A stretch of DNA of 43,379 nucleotides from Candidatus Gottesmanbacteria bacterium RBG_16_37_8 (lineage in GTDB: Bacteria > Patescibacteriota > Microgenomatia > 2-02-FULL-39-11): NCBI GenBank assembly GCA_001779055.1, contig MFJA01000011.1, forward strand, positions 23,102-66,480, read 5' to 3'. Positions 42,409 through 43,379 of this stretch are shown here, piece after piece. Within the stretch, counting starts at the first letter, position 1, and every line of letters begins with the position of its first letter. Made by a program: the position numbers and the translations under genes. The notes beneath the pieces were generated by a model. The model saw only the letters and a list, made by a program, of their open reading frames with translations, was not told the DNA's origin and did not search any database.

Positions 42409-42867
42409 ATGAAAGTAGTCAACCGCCGCGCTTTACATGATTATCAGGTCTTGGAAACTTTTCAAACCGGAATTGTTTTAATCGGACCCGAAGTCAAATC
42501 AGTTAGAGGCGGTAAAATTTCTCTAGAAGGATCCTTTGTCAAAATTATTGGCAGTGAAATCTATCTGCTTAATGCCCAGATTTTCCCATATCCTTATGCC
42601 CGTCCGCCGGCTGGCGGATATGATCCGAAGCGTACCCGTAAACTTCTCATGCACAAACGGGAGATTATATCTTTAAAGACCAAACTTTCCTCAGCTGAAT
42701 TGACCTTAGTCCCCCTCGAATGTTATAATTCGGAAGGTCTTTTCAAGCTGACAATTGCTTTAGCCCGCGGTAAAAAAGAGTATCAGAAGCGGGAAAAATT
42801 AAGAAGACGAGCTATTGATAGGGAAACCGAAAGAGAATTGAAAAGTCATTTGCCGACTAAAGACTAA
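42409..42867 (+). CDS. smpB: SsrA-binding protein
   Basis: Motifs NRRALHDYQVLETFQTGIVLIGPEVKSVR, GSFV and KRTRKLLMHKREI. Confidence 0.95.
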   Translation: MKVVNRRALHDYQVLETFQTGIVLIGPEVKSVRGGKISLEGSFVKIIGSEIYLLNAQIFPYPYARPPAGGYDPKRTRKLLMHKREIISLKTKLSSAELTLVPLECYNSEGLFKLTIALARGKKEYQKREKLRRRAIDRETERELKSHLPTKD

Positions 42868-42872
42868 TTAAC

Positions 42873-43290
42873 GGGGATGAGACGATCGACGGGATAGTAC
42901 TTTAAAAACTGCAAGCCGAGGTGATTGTACTCGCAAAATCAATCAAAACAAAACTGTCAGTAATGATGGTGAAAAAGAAGATATTTTAGCTTTAGCTGAC
43001 CGAGTCCTCGGAAAGCTTGAAGCACGAAATGCTTCTTTAGCTTACGCTGCAAATTATTTGCAGGTCTAAGCTCATCTGTATTTGTCTTTTTCTGATGGGA
43101 TGATGCAGGTGTAAACACAGTCAGAATGCACCCCGGTAATTGACAGACATCGGGGTAAAGACTTTGTCTTACTTTTTTTATTGATTGTCCGTTGGGACAA
43201 TAAGAAAAGGACATTATAACAACGGACTACGCTTGTAGAAGTTTTTATAGTGCGTCTTCGGACTCCGGATCACCTCCGGACATCTCCACC
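42873..43290 (+). ncRNA. ssrA: tmRNA (SsrA)
   Basis: The 5' end GGGGATGAGACGATCGACGGGAT pairs with the 3' end CATCTCC-A-CC, including the G3:U wobble. T-arm TCCGG-ATCACCT-CCGGA. PK1 was hand-folded: CGAG/CTCG plus TGATTG/CAATCA at 42917..42945. It lies 5 nt after smpB. The tag ORF is not resolved. Confidence 0.85.
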
Positions 43291-43379
43291 CAGCAAAATC
43301 ACTCAAAACCCGCTTTATGGCGGGTTTTTCGTGATCGCTGGGCAAGCCCTGAATAACATGAAATAGATTTTGCTGGGTG
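43287..43379. repeat. 14-bp perfect inverted repeat bracketing the ssrA terminator
   Basis: CACCCAGCAAAATC (43287..43300, overlapping the tmRNA 3' end) and GATTTTGCTGGGTG (43366..43379, at the window edge). Confidence 0.8.
43306..43329 (+). terminator. rho-independent terminator after ssrA
   Basis: AAACCCGC-TTTATG-GCGGGTTT followed by a T-run. Confidence 0.7.

Noticed and set aside
1-43379. Alternative genetic code (UGA recoding, as in some CPR lineages).
   Set aside because: Many well-supported genes terminate at TGA at the expected length (for example 983, 4052, 6452 and 7414), and no conserved protein needs read-through.

Overview
AT-rich, very gene-dense window with about 60 CDS, 1 tRNA and 1 tmRNA. 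There are no rRNA genes, CRISPR arrays or transposases. Standard genetic code: many ORFs end in TGA. The gene content points to a small-genome Patescibacteria/CPR-like bacterium; this is inference, not proof. Supporting signs are weak Shine-Dalgarno usage, VirB2-like 'pilin' families, DUF5667/DUF4430/DUF6580-type proteins and archaeal-type mevalonate enzymes. Layout: (i) 1..301, a truncated pilin-like gene. (ii) 390..9596, one co-directional string: ECF sigma, putative anti-sigma, membrane protein, a complete upper and lower mevalonate pathway (class I HMG-CoA reductase, archaeal-type HMG-CoA synthase/thiolase/DUF35, two mevalonate-kinase-like GHMP kinases, an MDD-family decarboxylase), UppS and a cupredoxin-like protein. 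(iii) 9604..17909, cell-wall genes: two tandem PBP1A paralogs split by a vapBC module, a CvpA-CAP fusion, MurB and a Xer-type recombinase. (iv) 18650..23314, NrdR, class II B12-dependent ribonucleotide reductase, PduO-type adenosyltransferase, DUF4430 and a DUF6580-like membrane protein, which I read as a self-contained B12 supply chain. (v) 23320..26243, a P/S-rich small protein, a membrane-anchored VirD4/TraG-like ATPase and tRNA-Ile(UAU). (vi) 26251..31619, an accessory islet: relE/phd, an orphan membrane protein, a DUF5678/retropepsin two-gene cassette bounded by perfect 28-bp direct repeats, a phosphodiester glycosidase, an HPS-like enzyme, a second vapBC flanked by a duplicated relic of the neighbouring SPFH gene, and the SPFH gene. 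(vii) 31661..35706, purine salvage: NDT-like protein, adenosine deaminase, Bateman-less IMPDH and GMP synthase. (viii) 35707..42400, the most interesting locus: three tandem VirB2/TrbC-like pilin paralogs, two of them fused to Cys-rich ectodomains. They are transcribed divergently from a SpoIID-like enzyme and three membrane proteins, across a 55-bp region carrying a perfect palindrome. (ix) smpB, tmRNA and a terminator. A recurring sequence-level theme is near-consensus -10 elements 6-9 nt upstream of start codons, which suggests leaderless mRNAs. All product calls come from motifs read by eye in the supplied translations. No database search was run.
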